DNA of 64,000 bases from Schmidtea nova (lineage: Eukaryota), in assembly GCA_044892505.1 (NCBI GenBank), contig CM097884.1:121272001-121336000 (forward strand), in the 5' to 3' direction. Each line of letters opens with the position of its first letter. Position 1 is the first letter of the stretch. Positions 1-10,065 of the stretch are shown here, in pieces. Made by a program: the position numbers and the translations under genes. Under the pieces are notes generated by a model. That model made no database searches, was not told the origin of the DNA, and saw only the letters and a program-made list of their open reading frames with translations.

Positions 1-793
1 GGTCGATCTAGATAAAAATATTCTGAATCTTTTTGCTGTTAGTAACTAATTAATTTGCGGTATGTCATAACAGGAACATTTAATCAAGTTATGTGTTATC
101 GCGCACAAGGAAAGTAGGGCCCAGGGGTTATTTTTAAATGAGAAAAATCAATTATTATAATCGAAAAAATAATAACCTTATTCATAACAATTACAAACGG
201 TAACCCATAGTCACTGGAAACTCCTGATGCGTATAACACATTGGACAGAAAACCAACAGGATTTACTGAACGAGAACAATCGAATACATACACAATTGCC
301 GTTGGGAAATTGCATGACAACGATTGTATAATAACTTTACCTGATGCTGACCATTTGAACACCTCTATTTGTCCCGGTGTATCGATTATTACATGATTAG
401 TCAAACCGGTATTCTTGGAAATTAGTTCCACAACATCATTCATTTTAGTTGAGAAAAGATTTAATGATGTTAAAATTGCACCATTCGGTCCGATATTATA
501 CTGATTCATTGTTTCTTTATAATCTATCACATCACGAATATCTAGATTGCAACAAAATTTAATATCTTTTAGAAGAAAAAAAATATTAAAAATTTACCAA
601 TATTTGGCTCAAAAGGCACAAAATATGCAGCTGGATCCAAATTGATAGTATATGCTGGTAAGTCATGTTCGTTTATATATCCTTTCAAAGCTTTTACGAA
701 AGATGTTTTACCACTTCCAGCTAATCCTATTACAATAAGACAAAGTGGTTTAGACTGGAAATCTTCAATGGAATTAACTGATACTTTTTCCAT
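1..793 (-). CDS. GPN1: GPN-loop GTPase 1 (XAB1), 5' part; exons 793-598, 541-177 and 7-<1; runs off the window
   Basis: Walker A GLAGSGKT, INLDPA, GPNGAILTSLNLF and DTPGQIEVFKWSASG are GPN1-specific motifs. GT-AG introns 597-542 (56 nt) and 176-8 (169 nt) restore PFEPNI|DIRD and NK|ID. Confidence 0.93.
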
Positions 794-2630
794 TATTAAT
801 ACAAATAATTTAATTATTTCAAAATACTTAATTATTTGCAATTATTAAAACAATAATTTTACAATAAAAATCAGCAAAGGCTTATTTTGCTACTTATTTA
901 TTAATTAAATTAATAAAAATCATTGTTCAAATATTAAAAGTATATTACTTTTCAATTAATGTTTTAAATATTTCTCTTTACAATAAAAATGACGTCATTT
1001 AAAATAAATTTTTTAAAATTTTGATTCAATATTTGAAATGATTAAATTAAAATTATCCTTCAAACTTTGTCTACATGTTTAATTAATAATGCATAATTCA
1101 ACAATAAAACATTTTTAATATTCTCGAATTGACAGATTTTCAAAGTTCAGTAATTTTAGTAAATAATTCTTTGAAAATAAACATTCTACCTTGTTCAAAT
1201 ACGTAGTTTTATTATTTAAATTTTTTTCATTTTAAAAATATTTGTAATTTACTTATTTTATAATTATTTATCAAATTTGAAATTAATTTATAACTGAAAA
1301 AAGTTTAAAATAATAAATATAATTTTTTTCAATAGAAAGTGCAAAATTTTGAGCTGTGTTGGAAAATAATGTTTGATATATTATATGAAAAAGATTAATG
1401 GTCCTAATTAAAATTTAATTGTGTTTAAATTTAACAATATTGAAAATATTATTCAAAAACATCAAAATTATTATAAATGACTTTGCAATTATATTAAATA
1501 TCCCTTTACTTCATTGATTCGATATTTACAAGTAAATTTAATTTTATATTGATAAAAACTTTATATCAATATTCATAATTTAGATTTTTATTATTGCTCA
1601 AAGAAAAGGATTTATCAAAATTTTTCATGAGATTTAAAAATCAAGATTTTGGTTAAAAATGAAAATTAGTTTAAGTATGGTTTATTGCATTTATTATAGA
1701 CATTGTTTACGAATTCCATCATGATGTTAATTTTTGCCACTTTCAATTAAATATTATTTTGTTGAAAATAAACCATTTTAGAAAATATGAAATATTAAAA
1801 CTTTATTTGGTTCATGAAATCCATTTCATGACCCCCTATCATAATTAGGGAACTAACGCCTTAGAGAAAGATTGATTAACCATGTAATATTTTATACAAC
1901 TTAAAATTAGTTAACTTTTTTACGCGATAATCAGAGATGTTTTCCCAAATTCTGTTAGGGCTTCGTAGTGAATATATTTTCTAACATCTTTTTTAAATAT
2001 TAATATTCTCATTTTCAATGAAAACTATTTATCGTTCATATATTTTATTTATTTGAAAAGACAAAAAATTATTTAGATAAACAAACTTTATATATTATTA
2101 AATAAAAGTAATTAAATCATTTAAAATATTTTCAAATAGTACTTGACTTTCATTATATTCTTTCGATTTGGATTTTTTTGTTGCACAGGGAACTACGTTC
2201 TACTTTTTCAATGGGCGACCAATTAAGCTTAAAGTCATCAAATTTGATATGTTCTGCACTGTTAATCTGACTCTTCAATTCGTTCAACTTCAGCACTGCT
2301 AACTGCTATCGTATTAATGATATTTTTCGCCTTTGAATGTTTTCTGCAAAATAACTGATGACCATTACTTATTATTTTTTCTAAATAATGACGAAAATCA
2401 TTCTTATCGATAATTAAATTAAAAATTTTTCGAAATTTATCAAAACTTTCGGATCAACCTTTTAATTTAAGCCCTGAGGGTTAAATTAAAAGGTTGAAAA
2501 GTAATAAAATTTAATAAAGAGATATAAACTAAATTAATTATCAAATAATTTAATAAATATTAATATTTTAAAATTCATTAATATTTTGCAATATAAATTA
2601 AAAAGACACAAATAAATATTATATTTAAAA

Positions 2631-2964
2631 TCAAAGTTTAATTAAATTTAAGACCGCATTGAAAAAATCTGCTCTGTTATTAAAATAATAACAAAATTCA
2701 TTAAGAAAGTCCTGTCTTTTTTTTCTGTTAAAACACCTTTTCTTCGATTGATTTCTAACATTAATTCATTGTGGAATGATTCGATAGCTTGAGTGTTAAT
2801 TCCATTCCTTTTATTTATAAAGTCATACTTGTGGCAAACTGTGCCATGATAAAAACCTTATTCATCAAGATTGAAGTATGCTTTATGTTCATCTGTCCAT
2901 ATTACGCTATTATTGGCCACTTGATTACATATGATAGGCACTATTGTTCTTTCTTTCTTGCCTG
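2631..2964 (-). pseudogene. Merlin transposase, C-terminal piece
   Basis: Translates GKKERTIVPIICNQVANNSVIWTDEHKAY..*GFYHGTVCHKYDFINKRNGINTQAIESFHNE, matching the ISXO2 WTDE / TVCH / NTQAIES motifs. One in-frame stop and a poly-A frameshift; TGA at 2631-2633. Confidence 0.85.
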
Positions 2965-3426
2965 TGCTGGGTTCATGGAGGGGATAGATGAAAAATGTTC
3001 TAACAATGACTAGGGATCCCTCATCCATGATCATGCATAAAATTGCAATTCTACACTCAAGCGCCCTTGATTATTTCCCTATATAATCAAGTTGGTGATG
3101 CGCAGGGTGGTTAAACAATGATGGGCAGGTGAGCACTATCGCTAGTACCCATTTATGTTTACGGGTTCATTGCTGCCGTTAGAAGGACTTATGCTTTAAT
3201 CATCTACTTATGTATTCCGCGTTAATCTTTCAGAAAATTTATTTTTATCATTGCTCAGTCTGCGAGAAGTATTTCAACGAATGCTCGCTTAATTATTTAA
3301 TTATCTCTATTCGATATTTTGTAAACTGAATTTATACTTTTGTTCTATCTTTATCTAATCATTGGTAAAGTTAATTAAATCAATTTAAATGAACGATGAA
3401 ATTCTTAAGCCAATACAACAATTTAT

Positions 3427-4023
3427 TTAATTTTTAATGAGTTCGGTAAAAACTCCCGCCGGAGGAAAAATCTCCGTCAATAATGCCTCCTCGGTCATCT
3501 GATGTAGACCGTCTACTTGGCTTTGTAATCGCTGGGCAAATAATCTTCTCTGTCTCCGCCGTTTCTGCCCAATGCGCTTGCGTTTCTGGTGCGCAGTTGC
3601 CGGTGAGGTGGTTGAATTTGCTGTAGGAGCTGTCTCATTCCGACTTTCGATTAGATCGGTGACATCCGTGCCAATGGAGTTTACCGTCTTCTTTTCTGCT
3701 GTCCAAGCTTGGTACGTAACAGGACGGATTTGCTCTCTGAGTTCTTTCTCGATATATGAGGCAGTTACGGAATGGAGGCATTTTCGGAGTTCTATCTTTG
3801 TAGCCTCCCATTCCATTTGATAATCGGCTGCCGTCTGTTGGGCGCGCTCGGTTTTACTGATTTGCTCCTTCATTCGGGCCGGAGCAAACCAGCTTTTGCG
3901 CAGATATTCAATCTGTGCCTCTGCTTTGATCAATTGTGCCTTGAGGAGACCCAATTCCTTATCCTGGGCTCTCCGAATCCGCCACCTCTTTTCCAATTCT
4001 CTCTGCATCAAATCGGGGTTCAT
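3427..4023 (-). CDS. LTR-encoded 198-aa protein: coiled coil plus Arg-rich motif KRKRIGQKRRRQRR (3' LTR copy)
   Basis: ATG-started ORF, identical in both LTRs; TTATAG acceptor 1 nt before the ATG; AATAAA overlaps the stop. Confidence 0.65.
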   Translation of the reverse strand: MNPDLMQRELEKRWRIRRAQDKELGLLKAQLIKAEAQIEYLRKSWFAPARMKEQISKTERAQQTAADYQMEWEATKIELRKCLHSVTASYIEKELREQIRPVTYQAWTAEKKTVNSIGTDVTDLIESRNETAPTANSTTSPATAHQKRKRIGQKRRRQRRLFAQRLQSQVDGLHQMTEEALLTEIFPPAGVFTELIKN

Positions 4024-4215
4024 TCTATAATTTATTCAGGATATTTACTCTATGATTTAATTATATGAAAATTAAAATCTGATCATAGGATTATTAGGTC
4101 ACGAATATGAACTATTAAAATGCGAAACAAAACAAAAAAAAATATAAATAAAAAAACAAAATTCACTAATGAACTATAATATTTTAATACAATTTCAACA
4201 TTTGTTGATCAGTTT

Positions 4216-4677
4216 TCATCTTCGAAACAAACAATGCAATTCGCTGTTAATCGGTTTCTGACGCAGACGAGCCCAGGAAAACGCAGGTTGTCCTTTCTGG
4301 CATTCCTTGCCGAACGGTTTTCGCGGTAGGAATTCGTGCAGACCCAATCGGCATAGCTCTCGACGGGGAATATGCCCCCAATAAATTACACGGCTTATCC
4401 GTCCCTCTGTGTCCTGGATCAGTACGACAAGTCGGCCAAATTTGTTTGAGTACGGCCTTTGAGAAATCGGCCAGTTCGGTCCTCCTCGATAGAGTATTAT
4501 ATCGTTTCCTCCGTCCCAGATGGAAAACGGGCACTTTCGGCCAAACCCCTGTCGCCACTTATATATCTGGCAGTTGAGGGTTCGCAATATCGATGCCGGT
4601 AGATCCTTGAGCTGCGAGATATTTCCATTTCGTAGATTCCCTTGTTCCATATTCCGTAGTTGAGTTAATTGATTCAT
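4216..4677 (-). CDS. LTR-encoded 153-aa protein of unknown function (3' LTR copy)
   Basis: ORF present in both LTRs. A diverged protein-level homologue lies at ~62970-63340 (KWRQ..CPFS.W.GG.D....GG..WPI). Confidence 0.7.
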   Translation of the reverse strand: MNQLTQLRNMEQGNLRNGNISQLKDLPASILRTLNCQIYKWRQGFGRKCPFSIWDGGNDIILYRGGPNWPISQRPYSNKFGRLVVLIQDTEGRISRVIYWGHIPRRELCRLGLHEFLPRKPFGKECQKGQPAFSWARLRQKPINSELHCLFRR

Positions 4678-6091
4678 AAGTTCAGCTGTCGACCTCTATA
4701 TTACATTTATTGGATATAAAATATACGAGTTAAGGGGGAAATTCGTTGATAATTTAATTATACTGTATATGATCACAAAAGTTACTTAAAAATAAGATTA
4801 ATTTGATTTCTCTCCGCCGTGATCTACCACGGTCGGAATAAAGAGTTCATAATTAGCCCTGTGCTATATACAGCATTCAGGAATTATCAAATTTAATCAA
4901 GATTTCCGCGCTATATACAGCGATCGGATTATAACTTGGGAACCGCGCCATATACGACGATCGGCCTATTTTTAGTAACTAATTTAATTTGGATTTTCCG
5001 ACGCATTCCATCGCGATCGGAATTTATCGATATTAAAATTCTGTAGGCGAGATGCTGATTCCGAATGAAGTCGGACTTTGGACTACGTTGGATTTTCTCA
5101 TTTCAGCGAAATTATTCAAATTTATTTTATTTGTTGCTCACTGGTTTTCCATGCGGGAGGTTCCATTTCAATTCAATTTACTAAAATTTAAAGAATGAAC
5201 ATGCCTTACCATGGGGTGTCCCTCCTTATCAATCCGCCCTCCGCAATCTCCCTATTTGGCCCTCGACCTCCGTCCGTTGTGCAACCCAGAATTAAATAAT
5301 TAGTAAATGGTCTGTACTAGACTAAAAATTCAATCAAATTTTCTAAATAAAATTCCACATCTAAACTAAATAATAAAAAGGTTGAACCGCCATGTGAGAC
5401 CCTGAGGCCCCACAACGACGACTCGGACTCCCTCGCCGCGTGAGCAGCATAGGAAGTATAGCTATATGCATTAAAGTGTCAATAAAATAATCAATGAAAA
5501 AAAATAAAATGACGTTTACATATAAAATTTTAATTAAATAAAAATCATGGGTACATCATATAAGATAACATAAAAATTACTTCCGTACTTGAATGTGTGG
5601 TTCCTTGTATGAAATTCGGTTCTTTCAAAAAATTACTCAAATCAAAGTTTAGTCTTGATTGTGAGTGAAAATGTAAAACGTCTCTGTCTGTGATTTTTGG
5701 ATCGGTATTTATACTGATCCTTCTGGTTGGATTGACCAATCAGGATCAGGCCGTCCTTCAAAGTATTTTTATTATTTTAATCTAATCTAAACATTATTTT
5801 GTTTCCTTTTCCGGTTTCTCGCTGGGTGGTCCTGATTTTCTAAGTAATTAATTAATTATTTGTACTATTATTTTATTTAATTCTATTTTTTCTTATTTCA
5901 GGCCCCCTTTTGCGGTTGTTTACCGGTTTATTTTCAAAATTTCCTTTTACTGAAAATTTATCAATTATTATTTGTCGTTTTATTGTTATTTTTAATTTGT
6001 TTTTCTTGCTATTTTTATTTTTATTATTTCTTTATTGTTTCATGCTTTTGTTCGTTTTATTGTGTTTTTAGGTGATTTGGCGGGCCCAACA

Positions 6092-6107
6092 TCACCCGGG
6101 GACCCCT
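6092..6107 (-). promoter_or_regulatory. Putative, non-canonical polypurine tract AGGGGTCCCCGGGTGA
   Basis: Directly abuts the 3' LTR start TGTTGGG; G-rich but interrupted by TCCCC. Confidence 0.45.
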
Positions 6108-6293
6108 AAAATTGCGTCCCGCAATTAATTATACATAAATACTTATATTCATCATCCATAAAAAGTTTTATAAAGTTATACATGCAAAGAAAAATCACAT
6201 AAGGTGATCGAATTTATACATATCATAAAGTTTGTCAATAAATAGTCAAAATGTAATGATTTGTCACAATAGTTCGATAAGTTATCATGATGT

Positions 6294-6863
6294 TTATACA
6301 ATTTGTTCGATCGTCTGGCTCGCTTGGGGTTGAGTTCGGGTCCTCTCGTTGATCATTTGTAGTTCGTAGTGGGTTTGGATGTGGTTGAGGTGGCTCCTTA
6401 TTCGTCTTTGAGCTCGGTTATCTCGTCTGGAGGTTTGGTTGTAGATTTTCTGCTTTTGTTTTAGGATTTTTATTCTATACGAGGCAAGCAGGATTGTGAT
6501 TGCGATGATAGTTGTGCTGACTGCTAGGATTATGATGATTGTTATGATCCATTTCTCTTGATATTCTATTTCAGCTTGGGATAGGCTTTTTATGGGTTCT
6601 CTACCTTCTTTCAGGATTTTTCGGGTTTCCTTTAATTTCAGTTGTTGGTTACCGAAGATTTGTTGGATTTGATGGTCTTGATTGTGGGGGTATTTCTGTC
6701 GGAATTCGTTGATTTCTTTAATTACTTCTTCGATTAGTCTGTCTACTTTCTGGTAGATTTTGTCGGGTAGCACTCGTAATTGGGTTTCGGTTAGTTGTAA
6801 ATCTTCTCTCTGTAGGGTAATGGTTGTTAACCATAGGAGTGTTGCTATTGCGAGCTTTCTCAT
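6294..6863 (-). CDS. Accessory type-I membrane protein, 189 aa from ATG 6863 (signal peptide, coiled coil, TM, basic tail)
   Basis: MRKLAIATLLWLTTITLQ is signal-like; TM WIITIIIILAVSTTIIAITILLASY followed by RIKILKQKQK. The ORF-track start at 6896 is GTG. Confidence 0.7.
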   Translation of the reverse strand: MRKLAIATLLWLTTITLQREDLQLTETQLRVLPDKIYQKVDRLIEEVIKEINEFRQKYPHNQDHQIQQIFGNQQLKLKETRKILKEGREPIKSLSQAEIEYQEKWIITIIIILAVSTTIIAITILLASYRIKILKQKQKIYNQTSRRDNRAQRRIRSHLNHIQTHYELQMINERTRTQPQASQTIEQIV

Positions 6864-6938
6864 CTCTTTTATACATTGGTCAATACAGCTTGACACTTTT
6901 TATTTTACATAATTTATTTACACTTGGTTTCCGCACAT

Positions 6939-8000
6939 TTATACAAGGGTTTCGTTGGGTTCGTGAAAACCTTCGTCTTGAGGTTCCACCTGATTTATGG
7001 GGAGTGGCATCCATATTACCGTGCTCCTCCACATTTCGACTTCTTCTCGGTATGTGTGGGATATTTGGATCTCTTCGTCTAACAAGTATTCCAAATAGTT
7101 TGCTTGTTCTGTAAGGGTTTCAATTTGTCTTTCTAGTTCCATTAATCTTTTCTCTCTCTCCTCTTTCTCCATCATTTCGGTCACTGCTGCTGTGATACTT
7201 GTTTCTTTTATTGGCGTTGGTTTTTCTGCCAACTTCTTTCTCAGTTCTTCGTTTTCTTTTGTCAAATTTGTTATGTTCTCTTCATAACTCTGCCTCGTTT
7301 CTTCCAGTCTTTCTTTAGTTCTTTTTAATTCTATTTTCTTCTGGGTGATCACTCCTTGATATCCATTTATATCTCTTTTCATGTTTTCTTCTTTGTGATT
7401 CCACATTCCGGTCAGCATACCTTTTAATTGTTCTTGATTGGCTAAATCTTCTCCCATTCTTTGTACTTGATAAGTTAATTCTTTTATTTTCTTGGCTTGT
7501 TCTCTGATAAATTGTTGTCTTTTCTTACTCCATACTTTATTTGACGCTTCTTGACTGATCTTTTGCCCTAATTCCTCTTTTAATTCATCGATCTCTTTAA
7601 ACAGTTTCCAATCATCGCTGTACGCTGTTCGTTCTATTATCTCCCTTGCTTCCTTATAAGAGTCTTTTGCCTCTTTCTTCCAATATCTTGCTTGTTCTGT
7701 GATTGACTGAATCTTATGGTCTGTTTTTATTTGTTGTCTATCCCTATCCTCTCGTCGCTCTTTCATCATCTCTTTGTAGTATTCGTTTTGTTGTCTTAGT
7801 AGTTTGTAGACTTCTTCTATTTTTTCTCGACTTCTTTGATTCGTTTTCTCGGCTTCTCTTAGTGCTTGGGTTTGTCTTTCCAATTCCTCCTGTTTTCGAT
7901 AATAGGCATGAATCCATATCCCAATCCGCTCCATGTGATTTCTGATCATTTCGTCTTGATGTACTGTTACTTCTTGTAAGGTTACTTCTATATTTCCCAT
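6939..8000 (-). CDS. Accessory 353-aa long coiled-coil protein, unknown function
   Basis: Intact ORF with E/K/R/Q-rich heptads; AATTATAG acceptor 2 nt before the ATG. Confidence 0.75.
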   Translation of the reverse strand: MGNIEVTLQEVTVHQDEMIRNHMERIGIWIHAYYRKQEELERQTQALREAEKTNQRSREKIEEVYKLLRQQNEYYKEMMKERREDRDRQQIKTDHKIQSITEQARYWKKEAKDSYKEAREIIERTAYSDDWKLFKEIDELKEELGQKISQEASNKVWSKKRQQFIREQAKKIKELTYQVQRMGEDLANQEQLKGMLTGMWNHKEENMKRDINGYQGVITQKKIELKRTKERLEETRQSYEENITNLTKENEELRKKLAEKPTPIKETSITAAVTEMMEKEEREKRLMELERQIETLTEQANYLEYLLDEEIQISHTYREEVEMWRSTVIWMPLPINQVEPQDEGFHEPNETLV

Positions 8001-8113
8001 TTCTATAATTACAGATAAAAAGAATATTTAATCATTTTTTATTTTTATTGTTTTTGATTATTCGTTAATTTATATTGTTTCTATACATTTTATTTACATG
8101 GTCACTTCCTTCA

Positions 8114-9490
8114 TTACGCCAACCATCCTTTTCTGTCTGTTTTCTCATGCTTCTCCATCTCTATGTATAGCGTGTCTGCATATAGTCGCTCCCATAGGTT
8201 TTCTTTCCTTATAAACATTGGTTCTCCTGCTGCTAGTCCGCATTCTGTTGTGGGTTTTTCGCTCGTACTGGTATGTTTATCTGTTTCAAAGAACTTTTCT
8301 ACTGGTTTTCCCATACTTTTGATTCTTATAATGACTCCTACTTTCAAGGGCCATTCTATTAGGTCATCGTATTCTCCTTTACATAGCGAGAAAAATATTG
8401 ACACGTGTGTTCCTTGTCCTCTTCCGTCTCCATTTGGGTATACTTTCAATCTTATTTTAACCCCGTTTTTCCATAAATAAAATGGTGGGCTTATTTCTGC
8501 TGTTTTCGTCATATTTCTGGCTTCTGCTAGTTTGTCTCTGAAATCTGTTACTTTCCATAGGTAAGGTGCAATTGGTAAGTCCCTTCTTTCGTCAATTTCT
8601 CGTATTAACTGATTATATTGTATTTTCATTCCTTTTCCTAATTCTTCTATGGCTATTATTTTCTTTTCCATTCTTTCGCGAGTTAGTTCAAACTGCTCTC
8701 TTGTTTCTAGTAGTAAACTCATCATTATCTTATGTGATTCTACTTCTTTTTCTAATTTCTGGATTGTCTGTTCCGTTTCTTTTGTCGTTTCGTTTGTCAT
8801 TTCTACATGCGTTAGTGCTGCTTCTTCTAGGTGTTGTTTCATTGATTGCCGCGTCCGCTTTTCTTTGCATCCCTGTTTGTTATATGGACATTCTCTTGGT
8901 CTTTCGGTACATACTTTCCAATGTTCATGTAACTTTACTTCTTCTGTTATTTCGCAATTGTTTGGACATTTACTTACATATTGTCTGCATACTTTCTCCT
9001 CTGTTATATTCAAATGTTCTTCCTCGATTTTTCCCCTTGTTTCTCGAGTTTCACAATACTCGCATGCGATTTCTTCTTCTTTACATTCTTCCTTGTGTTG
9101 TTCTCTCTTCTTTAGAGTTATTGTCTGTTGGCATTTCTCGCATTCGGCTCTCTTTTCCTCGCATTTTTCCATATGGTTCTCTAGATTGCTTATTTGTCCT
9201 TGCCATGTACAAGGTGTATTTACGCACTCCGTTATGGTGCTCATAATTTCTCTCTGGGTTGCTTTGTCCGTTCTGGTTTCGTTCAACACTATTCTTCCTT
9301 CTTTACATTCTGGGCATGTTGTTATTCCTGTTACATCTAATTCTTGTATACATTTTGTACATATTCTACATCCACATATCGTTTGTCTGGGTTCTCGTAA
9401 TAAATTGTTACATTTTCCGCATGTGAGCCTCTTGCTCCATTTTCTGTTTTCTAATCTCAAAATTTCGATTATTCGTTCTTCTCTGTCCAT
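8114..9490 (-). CDS. Full-length TRAF-family protein (RING, TRAF zinc fingers, coiled coil, MATH/TRAF-C), intronless, element-borne
   Basis: RING CGKCNNLLREPRQTICGCRICTKC..CPEC; zinc fingers CVNTPCTWQG..LENHMEKC and CPYNKQGC; MATH YLWKVTDF..ISPPFY..KVYPNGDGRGQGTHVSIFF..GEYDDLIEWP. Confidence 0.93.
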   Translation of the reverse strand: MDREERIIEILRLENRKWSKRLTCGKCNNLLREPRQTICGCRICTKCIQELDVTGITTCPECKEGRIVLNETRTDKATQREIMSTITECVNTPCTWQGQISNLENHMEKCEEKRAECEKCQQTITLKKREQHKEECKEEEIACEYCETRETRGKIEEEHLNITEEKVCRQYVSKCPNNCEITEEVKLHEHWKVCTERPRECPYNKQGCKEKRTRQSMKQHLEEAALTHVEMTNETTKETEQTIQKLEKEVESHKIMMSLLLETREQFELTRERMEKKIIAIEELGKGMKIQYNQLIREIDERRDLPIAPYLWKVTDFRDKLAEARNMTKTAEISPPFYLWKNGVKIRLKVYPNGDGRGQGTHVSIFFSLCKGEYDDLIEWPLKVGVIIRIKSMGKPVEKFFETDKHTSTSEKPTTECGLAAGEPMFIRKENLWERLYADTLYIEMEKHEKTDRKGWLA

Positions 9491-9583
9491 TCTCTACAAT
9501 AATATATACATTCGACTTGTCATTTATTTTTTGGTTTTTCTTGTTTTTATTTTTACATATTTACAATTTTCCGCTTTATTTAT

Positions 9584-9940
9584 CTATGGCTCATTCGTTG
9601 AATCTGGTTCCGCTTCGTTGTTTAGTCTATTTATTACCCAACTCATCCATCCTTCTTCGGATTCTTCTCTTTCTCCTCGTGTTAAATGGTTTATTTCTAT
9701 TGCTTGTCTTTGATTGATATTGCTTATATTTTGATTTTCTCTGGTGAGCTCGGTTATCGCTCTTTGTTGTTCTTCTATTCTGTGTAATTGTTCGAAACAG
9801 TTGTTATAACTTTCTGATAATAACATTTGTCTTTCCGCTAATTGGTTCTGTAATGAGTTGACTGTTCGTACAAATAAATCACACTGTGCCTTCCATCTCA
9901 TAGCCATAGTTATTTCAGTTGTTTCGTCCTGTTCGGTCAT
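9584..9940 (-). CDS. Accessory 118-aa coiled-coil protein, unknown function
   Basis: ATG ORF with Q/E/N-rich heptads; TTTAG 3 nt before the ATG; AATAAA just after the stop. Confidence 0.65.
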   Translation of the reverse strand: MTEQDETTEITMAMRWKAQCDLFVRTVNSLQNQLAERQMLLSESYNNCFEQLHRIEEQQRAITELTRENQNISNINQRQAIEINHLTRGEREESEEGWMSWVINRLNNEAEPDSTNEP

Positions 9941-10065
9941 TTTCTAAATTATATACATCATTTACTTTGTTTTTCTAGCTTTTTACAATTTTTATAATAT
10001 CGATACCCATACTATTACGGTAATGCTTTGTTATTTACACTATTATTTACAGTCATAATCCGCCC

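Larger units (their letters stand above)
2965..6091 (-). repeat. 3' LTR of the giant element (3127 bp)
   Basis: Near-identical to 29541-32658. Seen by eye: 2 substitutions and indels of 6, 2, 11 and 2 nt, which sum to the 9-nt length difference. Confidence 0.97.

Noticed and set aside
5545-5739. 64-aa ORF in the LTRs (also 32114-32308) and the nested 103-aa ORF at 4247-4558
   Set aside because: Short or out-of-frame overlaps with no motif. The homologue at 63 kb supports the 153-aa frame instead.
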